Assembly (NCBI GenBank): GCA_025059045.1
Contig: JANXEA010000014.1
Location: 43,569-107,568 of the forward strand
DNA length: 64,000 nucleotides
Source of the DNA: Candidatus Bathyarchaeota archaeon
GTDB taxonomy: Archaea > Thermoproteota > Bathyarchaeia > Bathyarchaeales > DTEX01
Direction of reading: 5' to 3'
Made by a program: the position numbers and the translations under genes. Every line of letters begins with the position of its first letter. The first letter of the stretch is position 1. The notes under the pieces are model-generated. The model was not told the DNA's origin. It searched no databases and was given only the letters and a program-made list of their open reading frames with translations. This document shows positions 1 to 9,688 of this stretch, in pieces.

Positions 1-1392
1 AACATTCAAGGCGGCGATATAACCTTTGAAAGATCAAACCTAACACCGCTCGTAGGAAGCGACGCGCATATCCTCTCAAAAGAGACTGTTAAGGAGTTTT
101 TGTGTGTTGAGGGAGGTGTCGATGTCGGAACACTGATAGGATTCGATCTGCCACTAACCGTTAAGATCTCTGAAATGGTGCGATATCACACTGGAATATT
201 CGGCTTCACCGGATGTGGAAAATCAAATCTCAGCTCAATACTGCTTAGAAAGTCATTAGACGCAATAACCAATCTATCAGTCGTCATCTTCGATGTTGCT
301 GGGGAATACCTAATACATCTCCTAGACCTAGCCCCAAGATTCTTCTCCACAGAGGACTTGGGCGAGGACGTGGACAGGATTCTGGATTCACAGGCGATCC
401 CAGAGACATTGGAAATGAAGATTGACAGGCATATAATTGCACAAGCAATCAGGAAACTAGTCCAGCAGGGAAGGGTGCAGAAGCTATCGCTTTCATATCC
501 GATGGAGTATATACCCTTAACGTTGGGTCATATATTGGGCTTAATTGGCTCGATAGCGAGAGGTAGGAGCAAGGAATCGATCCAAGGGACGATCGCTCTC
601 AACAGACTTAATATCTTTGCCTCGAAGAAGGGATATCGCGAGGAGACGAGACTGGAAGAAATCGCGGATGACATTGAAGCTAAGGACGAACTAAAAAGAA
701 TACTTGAGGATTTCTCAGCAACCATTCATCATTTATCCGGAACAGTTAAAGATATACAGGCCATACTCAGGGCCCTTGAAGAAGAAATCGATGAGGATAA
801 GGACGTCAGCAACGGTGGAGGCATCAAAAACCCTGAATGGCTGGCTACCAAAGTAGCGATTGAAGATTTTAGAGGCATAAACGTCGTTTATGCGCCGGAA
901 CCTGTAGATGCTAGAGAGATCGTGAGCAGATTCGTAGATCGTCTTCTTTGGTTAAAGAAGACTAGGGGTGTTGGGAGAACTGTGCTTACCGTGCTTGATG
1001 AAGCACAGGAATTCATACCTGACAGGACGAGGAAGGATGACTATACGGAACAGTCTAACTTGGCGGTTGAGAGGCTTCTGCGCCAGGGAAGAAAATATAG
1101 GGCTAACTGCTGGATCTGCAGCCAACGGGTTGCGCATTTGAACGTGAATGCACTTCAGCAGCTGCATAGCTACTTTGTAAGCGTGCTTCCGAGATTTTAT
1201 GATAGGATGGTTATCGCAGATGCGTTCAGCCTCAGTTATGACCTGCTTGACAGGACAACGGAACTAGACATAGGCGAATGGCTGTTTGTCTCTTATAAGG
1301 CGACAAAGCAGAGGAACGTCCCAGCCTTCGTCAAGACCCCTAACAATGAAGATATTGTCTCCGAAAATCTTCTTCGAGAATTCGCGTCATAA
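1..1392 (+). CDS. HerA/DUF87-like P-loop ATPase (5' end lies outside the window)
   Basis: Frame 1 is open from base 1, with no stop before the TTG at 100 that the ORF track uses. The gene is therefore truncated by the window edge. Motifs seen: Walker A 'GFTGCGKSN', Walker B 'VLTVLDEAQEFIP', and 'RQGRKYRANCWICSQR', as in HerA/FtsK-like DUF87 ATPases. Confidence 0.6.
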   Translation, partial: NIQGGDITFERSNLTPLVGSDAHILSKETVKEFLCVEGGVDVGTLIGFDLPLTVKISEMVRYHTGIFGFTGCGKSNLSSILLRKSLDAITNLSVVIFDVAGEYLIHLLDLAPRFFSTEDLGEDVDRILDSQAIPETLEMKIDRHIIAQAIRKLVQQGRVQKLSLSYPMEYIPLTLGHILGLIGSIARGRSKESIQGTIALNRLNIFASKKGYREETRLEEIADDIEAKDELKRILEDFSATIHHLSGTVKDIQAILRALEEEIDEDKDVSNGGGIKNPEWLATKVAIEDFRGINVVYAPEPVDAREIVSRFVDRLLWLKKTRGVGRTVLTVLDEAQEFIPDRTRKDDYTEQSNLAVERLLRQGRKYRANCWICSQRVAHLNVNALQQLHSYFVSVLPRFYDRMVIADAFSLSYDLLDRTTELDIGEWLFVSYKATKQRNVPAFVKTPNNEDIVSENLLREFAS

Positions 1393-1476
1393 ATGGACGT
1401 TTGAGTAAGGATCTGCAGCGGACAGGTTATGCTGTTTGCATTGAGTCGAGGTCGTCTAATCTCGTAACTACCAGCG

Positions 1477-2637
1477 CTAAATCCCCAGTTTCCCGAAATC
1501 TATTAAATAGGTGGATGAGGGCGCCAGGGCTCGAGTCATAACGTCCTCCGCCACGCCTCTACTTTCCTCAGGATTGTACATTGCCTCAACAAGCCTATCA
1601 AAGTCTAAATTATTGATTCTCTCGCAGCCAGCTCGAAGTGCGTTGATATTTAGCACAAGAGCTCTTTCAACAGGCATCCTTTCAGGATTGATGTCTATCC
1701 CAAATCTGCCTCTGTAACCGTACATCTTTAGGACGAGGAGCGCCGCGTACATCTGATCCAAGCCCAGAACGCCAACATTCAGGTCTTGATCATAGTTTCC
1801 GAGCGGCTGGCTATTCCAGTGGGTGTGAGCGAGTCTTCCCTCTCTAAGTATAGATGCAAGAGCGTATGCAAGCTCCTCATGGCCCATAAGAATATGACCG
1901 ACCTCCGGGTTTAGGCATACAAGGCTATGTCCTTCTCCCAATATCTTTTTATTTTCCTCAGAAGTTAATAGGGATTCAACATTCCTCGCCATGAGAATGC
2001 CGTTTGCAGTATTCCTATAGATATTGTTTCCTCTAGGCTCATACGGTTTAGGTTCAATTGCCACCCTGACGCCTGGTACGGCATCCATTGCCTCCGCCAA
2101 TCCTCTCTCGAAGTTCTCCCACATCAGATAGAACTCTGTTCCGATAGGGTTTTCATATCCATCGATACCTGGCCAGACGACGCAGAACTCGGTATTCAAT
2201 TCCTTATTCATCTGGAGCGCTCTTATCGTACGGTCAATGGCTTTCCTCCTTACAGCCGGATTCATATTTGAGAGGGAGCCGAACTCGAAGGTCTTCTCAT
2301 AGAAAAGGTTCGGTATAACCGTCACGAGATTTATGCCTGTCTCCCTTCTAAGGGCCTTATATTCGTCAATGGTCTCCTCATTGACCTCGTTTGGATAATG
2401 AGCCTCCAAACCGAAGCTAGAGTCGATGACACCCATATCATAAAGTGAGGCAACCTTCATCAGCACATCTTGAATAGAGCCTCGCTCTATATAGGCCTCA
2501 TGGAAACGGCCCCCACCCGGGTAGAAGTACCATACACCAGCAGAGAAACGCGGCTCAAGATTGAAACTCTTCAGATGTTTAAGCATCTCATCTCTAGTCT
2601 TCACTTTCTTCTGGTCACGAAGATCAACCAAAACCAT
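1477..2637 (-). CDS. Xylose isomerase-like TIM-barrel protein (divergent sugar isomerase/epimerase)
   Basis: 386 aa. It is co-linear with class-I xylose isomerase motifs: 'VAIEPKPYEPRGN' (cf. IEPKPNEPRG), 'LNPEVGHILMGH' (cf. NPEVGHEQM), 'NYDQDLNVG' (cf. YDQDLRFG) and 'FGIDINPER'. The 'HIDLN' metal-ligand block reads 'HTHWN', so substrate and activity are uncertain. Confidence 0.6.
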   Translation of the reverse strand: MVLVDLRDQKKVKTRDEMLKHLKSFNLEPRFSAGVWYFYPGGGRFHEAYIERGSIQDVLMKVASLYDMGVIDSSFGLEAHYPNEVNEETIDEYKALRRETGINLVTVIPNLFYEKTFEFGSLSNMNPAVRRKAIDRTIRALQMNKELNTEFCVVWPGIDGYENPIGTEFYLMWENFERGLAEAMDAVPGVRVAIEPKPYEPRGNNIYRNTANGILMARNVESLLTSEENKKILGEGHSLVCLNPEVGHILMGHEELAYALASILREGRLAHTHWNSQPLGNYDQDLNVGVLGLDQMYAALLVLKMYGYRGRFGIDINPERMPVERALVLNINALRAGCERINNLDFDRLVEAMYNPEESRGVAEDVMTRALAPSSTYLIDFGKLGI

Positions 2638-2732
2638 TTTTGATCAAGATTTACAGAATGCCGAATCATAAGATAAGACTTTTGCAGAGTTGGTGGAGAA
2701 CAGCAAGGTTCTTATTGGAGACACTCCATCCA

Positions 2733-4571
2733 TTAAAGGCGCTTTTGATCCGAAGCCTCACTTGCAGATACTACCTCTGCGCCCATAAGTTGGCCTATCT
2801 GAATCTCGTAGAGTTTAGCGTATAGTCCACCCTTAGACAAGAGTTCTTCATGAGTTCCTTCCTCGACTATCTTCCCCTTATCGATAACTATGACCCTGTC
2901 GGCTAGAAAGGTTGTAGATAGTCTATGCGCGATTATGATGCATGTCCTCCCTTTAAGAAGCTTCTTTAATGCCTCCTGTAATATGCTCTCTGTATAGGGA
3001 TCGACGCTGCTTGTCGCTTCGTCTAAGATAACTATCTTAGGCTGTCTTACAAGGGTTCTCGTTATATTTATAAGTTGTCTCTGTCCCACAGAAAGGTTTG
3101 CACCGCCTTCAGTGACGATTGTCTTTAACCCTTCAGGCAGGGAGTTTAGGAGTGGTTCCAAACCAAGACTATGAATAACCTCTATAATTTCATCCTCAGT
3201 CGCATCTGGCTTCCCATAGCGAATATTCTCTAGAACCGTATCCCGGAATAGCACAGGCTCCTGCGGGACTAATGATAATTGGCGTCTAAGCGACTTCAGT
3301 CTCATCTTCCTAACATCAACTCCATCTATGAGTATGCGACCCTTTTGCGGATCATATAACCTAAGCACAAGGTTCGCGAGGGTTGTTTTTCCCGCTCCGG
3401 TCGGCCCGACAACTGCAAGTATCTCTCCAGGCTTGATATGGAGGTTGAACCCATCAAATACCTTGGTCCCATTATATCCGAAGGTTACGTTCTCAATTCC
3501 TATTTCGCCATTCTTAATTTCTAGGTCAACCGCGTCCTCAGCCTCTGTAACCTTCGGCTTCGCCTCAAGATAATCAAATATTCTCTCCGCAGCAGCTAGG
3601 GCTGATTGGAGCATGTTATAGTAAATTGTCAAGGTTATTATCGGGTTGAAGAACATCTCGACGTAGCTGTAGAAGGCTATAAGCGTCCCAATAGTTGTCT
3701 CGTTGTTGATGACTAAGTAGCCGCCGTAAAATATGAGCAGGGCTATAGTAGCAGCCCTTATCAGGCTTAGTACTGGGCGAGTTAGAGCCATAACCAGGGT
3801 TGCCCTAAGATTTGCACGCATCGTCTCATAGCTGACCCTCTCAAAACGTCTAAGGTTCTCGCCTCCCCTCTCAGAGAAGGATTGAGAGACCTTCATCCCA
3901 GCAACCGTTTGTTCAATATTTGATGTCAGCTCGCCGACCTTAGCGCGAACCTCCCGATATGCTCTATAGCTCCTTCGAGCCAAGAAAATGACTGAGACAA
4001 CGATAAGCGGTATAAGCGACAATGTCACCAGTGTAAGATTTATGTTCAAGCTTAACATGGCTACCAGCGCACCGATTATCGTCAACGTGTTAAAAACGGC
4101 GTCGATGAAGCCTGTCGTAGCGGTCTGACCGACAGATTCCACGTCGCTTGTGAATCTGGATATAACCTGGCCAGCTGGCATCGTTGAGAAGAAAGAATAA
4201 TCTAGCTCCACAGAATGGGCAAACAGCATTGACCGCAAATCGTAAAGTAGCCTTTGAGTTAACCACGCGATACTGTAGCTTCTCAGAATACCTAAGGCCC
4301 AGCCGCAGAGAGATATGACTGCGACGAGAATCGAATAGAAGATCAAGGCATCAATATTCCTCGCCATTATTCCGTCGTCGACGATGCGCTTTCCAAAGTA
4401 CGGTCCTATCACATTCAGAATCAGGACGGCTGAGGCGACAACAGTGAAGAGCATCACTTTTATCTTATACCTCCAGATAAGCCTAAGGAGCTTCGCCATT
4501 ATCTTAGAGGGGGGACTCTTAGGTTTGCCCTCTCCGCCCTCACGCGCATACCTGCCTATCATCCACCCCAA
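2733..4571 (-). CDS. ABC exporter half-transporter (TMD-NBD fusion), consensus-site subunit
   Basis: 612 aa with an N-terminal 6-TM domain. NBD motifs: Walker A 'GPTGAGKTT', Q-loop 'VPQEP', deviant signature 'LSVGQ', Walker B plus catalytic Glu 'IVILDEATS', H-loop 'IIAHRLST'. It starts 4 nt after the upstream partner gene ends. Confidence 0.9.
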   Translation of the reverse strand: MGWMIGRYAREGGEGKPKSPPSKIMAKLLRLIWRYKIKVMLFTVVASAVLILNVIGPYFGKRIVDDGIMARNIDALIFYSILVAVISLCGWALGILRSYSIAWLTQRLLYDLRSMLFAHSVELDYSFFSTMPAGQVISRFTSDVESVGQTATTGFIDAVFNTLTIIGALVAMLSLNINLTLVTLSLIPLIVVSVIFLARRSYRAYREVRAKVGELTSNIEQTVAGMKVSQSFSERGGENLRRFERVSYETMRANLRATLVMALTRPVLSLIRAATIALLIFYGGYLVINNETTIGTLIAFYSYVEMFFNPIITLTIYYNMLQSALAAAERIFDYLEAKPKVTEAEDAVDLEIKNGEIGIENVTFGYNGTKVFDGFNLHIKPGEILAVVGPTGAGKTTLANLVLRLYDPQKGRILIDGVDVRKMRLKSLRRQLSLVPQEPVLFRDTVLENIRYGKPDATEDEIIEVIHSLGLEPLLNSLPEGLKTIVTEGGANLSVGQRQLINITRTLVRQPKIVILDEATSSVDPYTESILQEALKKLLKGRTCIIIAHRLSTTFLADRVIVIDKGKIVEEGTHEELLSKGGLYAKLYEIQIGQLMGAEVVSASEASDQKRL

Positions 4572-4574
4572 TGT

Positions 4575-6320
4575 CTACTTAACCTCCCGTCTCTCCTGAT
4601 GTGCGAACTGTGCATTGTAGATTCTCGCATATACGCCTCCAAGCCGCATGAGATCTTCATGAGTCCCATCTTCGACTACCTTGCCATTATCCATGACAAT
4701 TATCCTGTCGGCTAGCTTGAGTGTTGAAAGCCTCTGGGTCACAATGAATGTTGTTCTCCCTTCTATGAGCTTTTTCAGCGCCTCAACTACCGTAGCTTCG
4801 GTCTCGGCGTCAAGGTTAGAAGTTGGATCATCAAGTATTAGGATCCTTGGATTCAATATAAGCGTCCTTGCTATTGAGAGCCTCTGTCTCTGCCCTCCGG
4901 AGAGTGTTACGCCTCTCTCCGCCACGTCTGTCTCATAGCCTTTAGGCAAACTTTCTATGAATTCATGTATGCCAGCTGCCTTAGCGGCTTCGACAACCTC
5001 GCTCATAGAGGCGCCTGGCTTCCCATATGTTATATTATCCTTTACTGTGCCAGCGAAGAGCAACACATCCTGATGAACTATGCCAATATTCCTTCTGAGA
5101 GACTTGACCTTAACATTCCTGACGTCTACACCATCTATCAGTATGCGCCCCTTTTGAGGATCATAAAATCTGGGTATCATTTTTATCAGCGTCGACTTGC
5201 CAGAGCCTGTAGGTCCGACTATCGCAACCTTCTCACCTGGTTTTACGTCAAGATTAACGTCCACCAAAACGGGTTTGCTTGCATCATACCCGAATGTAAC
5301 ATCCTCAAATCTTACATGGCCCCTCACATCCCTAAGATCGAGTGCATCAGGCTCCTCCTTAACCTCAGGCTCCATATCCATTATGTCAAATATCCTTGAA
5401 GCTGATACAGATGCCCTCTGATAATCAAGAACAAAGAACCCTAGACCAACAAGAGGTCTGTTAAGCATGGCTAGGTAGAGAAGGAATGCTGCGATGTCTC
5501 CTATACTCATGATCCCTGCAATAGCCCTTGAACCGCCATATAGAAATACTGAGACCTGGATGGCGGCTGATATTAGACCGATTGACGGCCATGAGACCGA
5601 AGCGTACTTTTGAAAACGCATATTCAAACCGTAAATTTTGTCTAGATTAGCTTTGAATGTCTTCTCGAAAATGTCCTCCACCGCCAAGGCCTTCAAAACT
5701 TTGACTGTAGAGGTATATTCTTGGACAGTGCTGTTGAATTGGCTCATGGCTATCCAGTTCTCTTCAAGAATCGGGAAGACCTTACGATTGAAGAGAATTG
5801 CGACCAACGCCAGCAGGGGGATAAGAGACATCGCGACAATTGTCAACTCCACATTTATGCTTAGCAGTATGTAAACGGCTATTGTCGACGAGAAAACCGC
5901 GTCCAAAAGCGGCATAGTTGCAAAGCTTATGAAACGATTCAGGTTGTCCATATCATTTGTTACCCTCACAATTATCTCGCCGATCTCAGCTCGATCATAG
6001 AAGCCGTACGAAAGCTCATGAAGATGCTTGTATAGGTCTAATCTTAGGCGATATATTGTTCTCTGCGCTATAAGCTCGAAAATGTAACGTACAAAAAAAG
6101 CCGCCACACCCTCAAGGAAAGTTAATAGAATAACCAGCAATGAAAGGGGCAAAAGCTTACTGGGATCATACGCAACGACAGAATTAAGAAGATCTCGAAC
6201 ATACCAGGGGATCATCATGGCCAGACATGTAGAAGCAAGCATCAGGGCAAGACCTAGCGTGAGAAACCTCCAGCCACTAACAACGTAGCTGAAAACCCTT
6301 AGTATAGATGATCTGGCCAT
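4575..6320 (-). CDS. ABC exporter half-transporter (TMD-NBD fusion), degenerate-site subunit
   Basis: 581 aa. Motifs: Walker A 'GPTGSGKST' and canonical signature 'LSGGQRQR'. Walker B reads 'ILILDDPTS' (catalytic Glu replaced by Asp) and the H-loop reads 'FIVTQRLST' (His replaced by Gln). It is the first gene of the pair. Confidence 0.9.
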   Translation of the reverse strand: MARSSILRVFSYVVSGWRFLTLGLALMLASTCLAMMIPWYVRDLLNSVVAYDPSKLLPLSLLVILLTFLEGVAAFFVRYIFELIAQRTIYRLRLDLYKHLHELSYGFYDRAEIGEIIVRVTNDMDNLNRFISFATMPLLDAVFSSTIAVYILLSINVELTIVAMSLIPLLALVAILFNRKVFPILEENWIAMSQFNSTVQEYTSTVKVLKALAVEDIFEKTFKANLDKIYGLNMRFQKYASVSWPSIGLISAAIQVSVFLYGGSRAIAGIMSIGDIAAFLLYLAMLNRPLVGLGFFVLDYQRASVSASRIFDIMDMEPEVKEEPDALDLRDVRGHVRFEDVTFGYDASKPVLVDVNLDVKPGEKVAIVGPTGSGKSTLIKMIPRFYDPQKGRILIDGVDVRNVKVKSLRRNIGIVHQDVLLFAGTVKDNITYGKPGASMSEVVEAAKAAGIHEFIESLPKGYETDVAERGVTLSGGQRQRLSIARTLILNPRILILDDPTSNLDAETEATVVEALKKLIEGRTTFIVTQRLSTLKLADRIIVMDNGKVVEDGTHEDLMRLGGVYARIYNAQFAHQERREVK

Positions 6321-6519
6321 TCTCCATCTCCGCTTGGACCCCGTCTATGGGCGATTTGATGCGAATAGCTTGGCGCCGATATAAAAGTTTTTCAGAATAA
6401 GCACACATTGCTATAGATCTTTAGTCCCCTTCCTTCACTCTCCAGATAGATAAGAGATAGCATTAAAAATGCGACTAGACGTTGAAGAAGACTTTTCAAG
6501 CCTAAAACCCAGCGAATAC

Positions 6520-7632
6520 TTACATATAAACCCTCACTGGTTCACCGAGCATTCCTATATCAACACCCATTATTCCCGGTCCATGATATCTTGATGGTAT
6601 CCGTCTGGAACGCGTGATTTTCGTTCCGCCTCTTTTAACGAGCTTATCCCTCAATAGTAAATCAGAATCAAGGTCTGCAAACCTAATGTTCTTTAATGCG
6701 GCTGCCAGGTGGGTCGCAGCCGCTATCCCAACCTCAGATTCTCCTGTGCATCCAATCATGCATGGTATGTCAGCAGCCTCTGTTATCGCCGCTATCTTCC
6801 TAGCTTTAGCTATACCTCCGCACTTCATCAGTTTTATGTTTATCATGTCTGCCGCCTCGAGTTCTATTACCCGTAATGCATCTTCAGCTGAGCATACACT
6901 CTCGTCGGCCATTATTGGAATAGGGGATTTGCGCCTAACTTCAACCATGCCTTCTAGATCCTCAGGCGGAACTGGCTGCTCTGCGAACTGGATGTTGAAC
7001 CTCTCAATTCTGTTTAGAACCTCTACTGCCTGTTTTGGAGTCCAGCCCCCATTTGCATCAATTCTAAGCTGCAAATCTTCGCCCACCGCCTCCCTGATAA
7101 GTCTAATTCGCTCAACATCCTCGGTAGGGTTAACTCCAACTTTAACCTTTAAGACATTGAACCCGCTTCTAACGGCTTTGATGGCGTCCTTAGCCATCTC
7201 TTGAGGCTGCCTTATCCCCAGAGTAATATCCGTTAAGACTTCGGTTCTGTAACCTCCCAAGAGCATGAAAAGCGGCTTCCCAACAGTCTTACCGAAAATA
7301 TCATGCAATGCCATATCGACCGCCGCCTTCGCCGCAGGGTTCCTGGCAACCGTCGAATCCATCATATCTAGAGTCCATTCAATCCTCAGTGGGCATGCGC
7401 CTATCATCTTCGGAGCTAAGAGATCCAGGGTCTGGATTACGGTCTCCGGGGTCTCGCCGGTAAGTCTCCTTGAAGGCGAAGCCTCACCCCAGCCAACAAC
7501 GCGATAGTCAGTAACAATCTTTACGATTATGTTTTTGCTCATGTATGCGGTTCCAGGTGCAATTCTGAAAGGTTCACGGTAATCTAGGGAAACATTGTAA
7601 ACCTCGATGCGTTGAATCCCCAAATCTGGCAC
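6520..7632 (-). CDS. Enolase-superfamily enzyme, dipeptide (L-Ala-D/L-Glu-type) epimerase / MLE-subgroup-like
   Basis: 370 aa. The capping domain contains 'GWGEASP'. Barrel metal-ligand blocks are 'LRIDANGGWT', 'FAEQPVP' and 'IMADES'. The segment 'INIKLMKCGGI' is typical of the MLE/dipeptide-epimerase subgroup. Confidence 0.7.
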   Translation of the reverse strand: MPDLGIQRIEVYNVSLDYREPFRIAPGTAYMSKNIIVKIVTDYRVVGWGEASPSRRLTGETPETVIQTLDLLAPKMIGACPLRIEWTLDMMDSTVARNPAAKAAVDMALHDIFGKTVGKPLFMLLGGYRTEVLTDITLGIRQPQEMAKDAIKAVRSGFNVLKVKVGVNPTEDVERIRLIREAVGEDLQLRIDANGGWTPKQAVEVLNRIERFNIQFAEQPVPPEDLEGMVEVRRKSPIPIMADESVCSAEDALRVIELEAADMINIKLMKCGGIAKARKIAAITEAADIPCMIGCTGESEVGIAAATHLAAALKNIRFADLDSDLLLRDKLVKRGGTKITRSRRIPSRYHGPGIMGVDIGMLGEPVRVYM

Positions 7633-7837
7633 CTACGAAGCACAAAACACTCATCTTTATTCTATATGTACTGATTAAAAGCTTTGTATACTCATAGAGG
7701 CGGAGGCATTTTAGGATGGTGGTGTTAATAATAGGAATATGGGTATGTTCTAGAACCTTCGAAAAGATTATATCTGACACGTTGGCATTAGAGAGGTTAA
7801 ATTCGCCGAAAAAGGGTTCCGCCGTTCCATCTAACTG

Positions 7838-9688
7838 GTGCATGTAATGAGCGTTGCGAAACCAGTGGTCGAGTATGTCAACGCCATTAAGACCGAGAAG
7901 AGCTTATCCGCATCATTAGACACTTTCAAAAGGCTTATCAAATACCAGAAGCCTTACACTCACTTTCTGATTCTCATAGCCGCCCTTTCCGTTCTAAGAT
8001 CTTACCTTTTCACACTCGAACCACTCTACACTTCACAGATTATTGACTTGGTAGTTATAGGCGGGAATGTAGGTGTACTACCTGTCCTCATACTTAAAAT
8101 ATTGATCGCCGTAGTCTCATTCGGCATCGTAAACTTCTTGATAACATATCTCCATGGCTACTCGGCGCAACTAGTTATCAGAGACCTTAGATCCGACTAC
8201 TATTATTCGTTGCAGGACAAGTCATTCAGGTTTTATGACTCAGTCGCTGTGGGCGATCTGGTTTCCCGTGCCACGATGGATCTCCAGCCAGTTGAAGGCT
8301 TTCTAAGGTCTTGGGTTGGAACCCTAGGTAATGCTGTATTCACCGTAATCATCGTCTTTGGGACTATGTATTCTATAAGTCCAATTATGAGTATAATGTC
8401 AATTGTTCCCATGATCCTGGTATTCTACTTTACAAGTCAACTCTGGATGAAGACGATGCCGCTCTTCAGGAAAATGATGCTCATCTTGGGAAGACTCGGT
8501 GCGTATATACAGCAGAATATTATTGGAATGAGGGTTGTTCGGATTTTCCAAAGAGAAAAAGAGATGGAGGAAGGGTTTAAGCAGGTTGAGGAGGTCTATG
8601 TCAACACTGCCATCACGGCAGGGAGAATCCAATCTATTTATGCCCCATCCCCGCAGGCGATACTAACACTCGGAATAGTCATGATCTACCTTTACGGAGG
8701 AAACATGATAGCTTCTCCAGGGCGCCTGTTGACCATAGGCGAGCTTACCCTTTTTTCAAGGTATATGATGAGGTTGAGTTTTCCTCTTCGCGATCTAGGT
8801 CAGCTTGTCGGGACCTGGATAAACGCTTCAGCTGGCCTTGAAAGAATCTATGAAATTATGGATCTACCGGTGGATGTTAAAGACGAATTCAACGCGCAAG
8901 ATATCTCCATCAAGTATGGCGAAGTCGTATTTGAGAATGTAACCTTCGGATATGACAAGAATAGACCTGTACTTAAGAAAATAAGTTTCAAGGTTAAGCC
9001 CGGAGAGAAAATAGCCATTCTAGGTGCAACTGGATCTGGAAAAACTACGCTAGTCTACCTAATTCCAAGATTTTATGACGTTGACTCTGGAAGTATAATT
9101 ATTGACGGGGTCAACGTGAAGAAGTTTAAATTGTCCTCGCTGAGAAGGCAGATAGGCTTAGTTCTACAGGACGTCTTCATATTCACTGGAACCATTAGAG
9201 ATAACATCGCATTTGGGAACCCAAACGCCTCAATGGACTCTATCATCAGAGCTGCAAAACTGGCCAGGATCCACGACTTTATCGAGTCGCTGCCAGAGGG
9301 ATACAATACCATAGTTGGAGAGAGAGGGGTAACCCTGTCTGGCGGTCAGAGACAGAGAATAACAATTGCCAGAGCGTTATTAACTGATCCTAAAATCCTC
9401 ATACTTGACGATTCATTATCATTCGTGGATGCTAAAACCGAGCAGGAGATTCAGGAAGCCATAGAGGAGGCTATGAAGGGAAGGACATGCTTCATAATTG
9501 CGCAGAGACTTTCCACGATAAAGAATGCCGACAGGATAATGGTTCTCGATGACGGTGAGATCGTCGAGTTTGGAACTCACGAAGAACTATTGGCGAAGGG
9601 AGGTATCTACAAAAAGATTTATGAGACTCAGTTCCTTGAAAAGGCGCCTCCTGAAATCTTAGAGAGGGAGATAACTGTACATGTCTAG
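7838..9688 (+). CDS. ABC exporter half-transporter (TMD-NBD fusion), degenerate-site subunit
   Basis: 616 aa. Motifs: Walker A 'GATGSGKTT', signature 'LSGGQRQR', Walker B 'ILILDDSLS' (Glu to Asp) and H-loop 'FIIAQRLST' (His to Gln). It overlaps the next gene by 8 nt (ATGTCTAG). Confidence 0.9.
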   Translation: MHVMSVAKPVVEYVNAIKTEKSLSASLDTFKRLIKYQKPYTHFLILIAALSVLRSYLFTLEPLYTSQIIDLVVIGGNVGVLPVLILKILIAVVSFGIVNFLITYLHGYSAQLVIRDLRSDYYYSLQDKSFRFYDSVAVGDLVSRATMDLQPVEGFLRSWVGTLGNAVFTVIIVFGTMYSISPIMSIMSIVPMILVFYFTSQLWMKTMPLFRKMMLILGRLGAYIQQNIIGMRVVRIFQREKEMEEGFKQVEEVYVNTAITAGRIQSIYAPSPQAILTLGIVMIYLYGGNMIASPGRLLTIGELTLFSRYMMRLSFPLRDLGQLVGTWINASAGLERIYEIMDLPVDVKDEFNAQDISIKYGEVVFENVTFGYDKNRPVLKKISFKVKPGEKIAILGATGSGKTTLVYLIPRFYDVDSGSIIIDGVNVKKFKLSSLRRQIGLVLQDVFIFTGTIRDNIAFGNPNASMDSIIRAAKLARIHDFIESLPEGYNTIVGERGVTLSGGQRQRITIARALLTDPKILILDDSLSFVDAKTEQEIQEAIEEAMKGRTCFIIAQRLSTIKNADRIMVLDDGEIVEFGTHEELLAKGGIYKKIYETQFLEKAPPEILEREITVHV

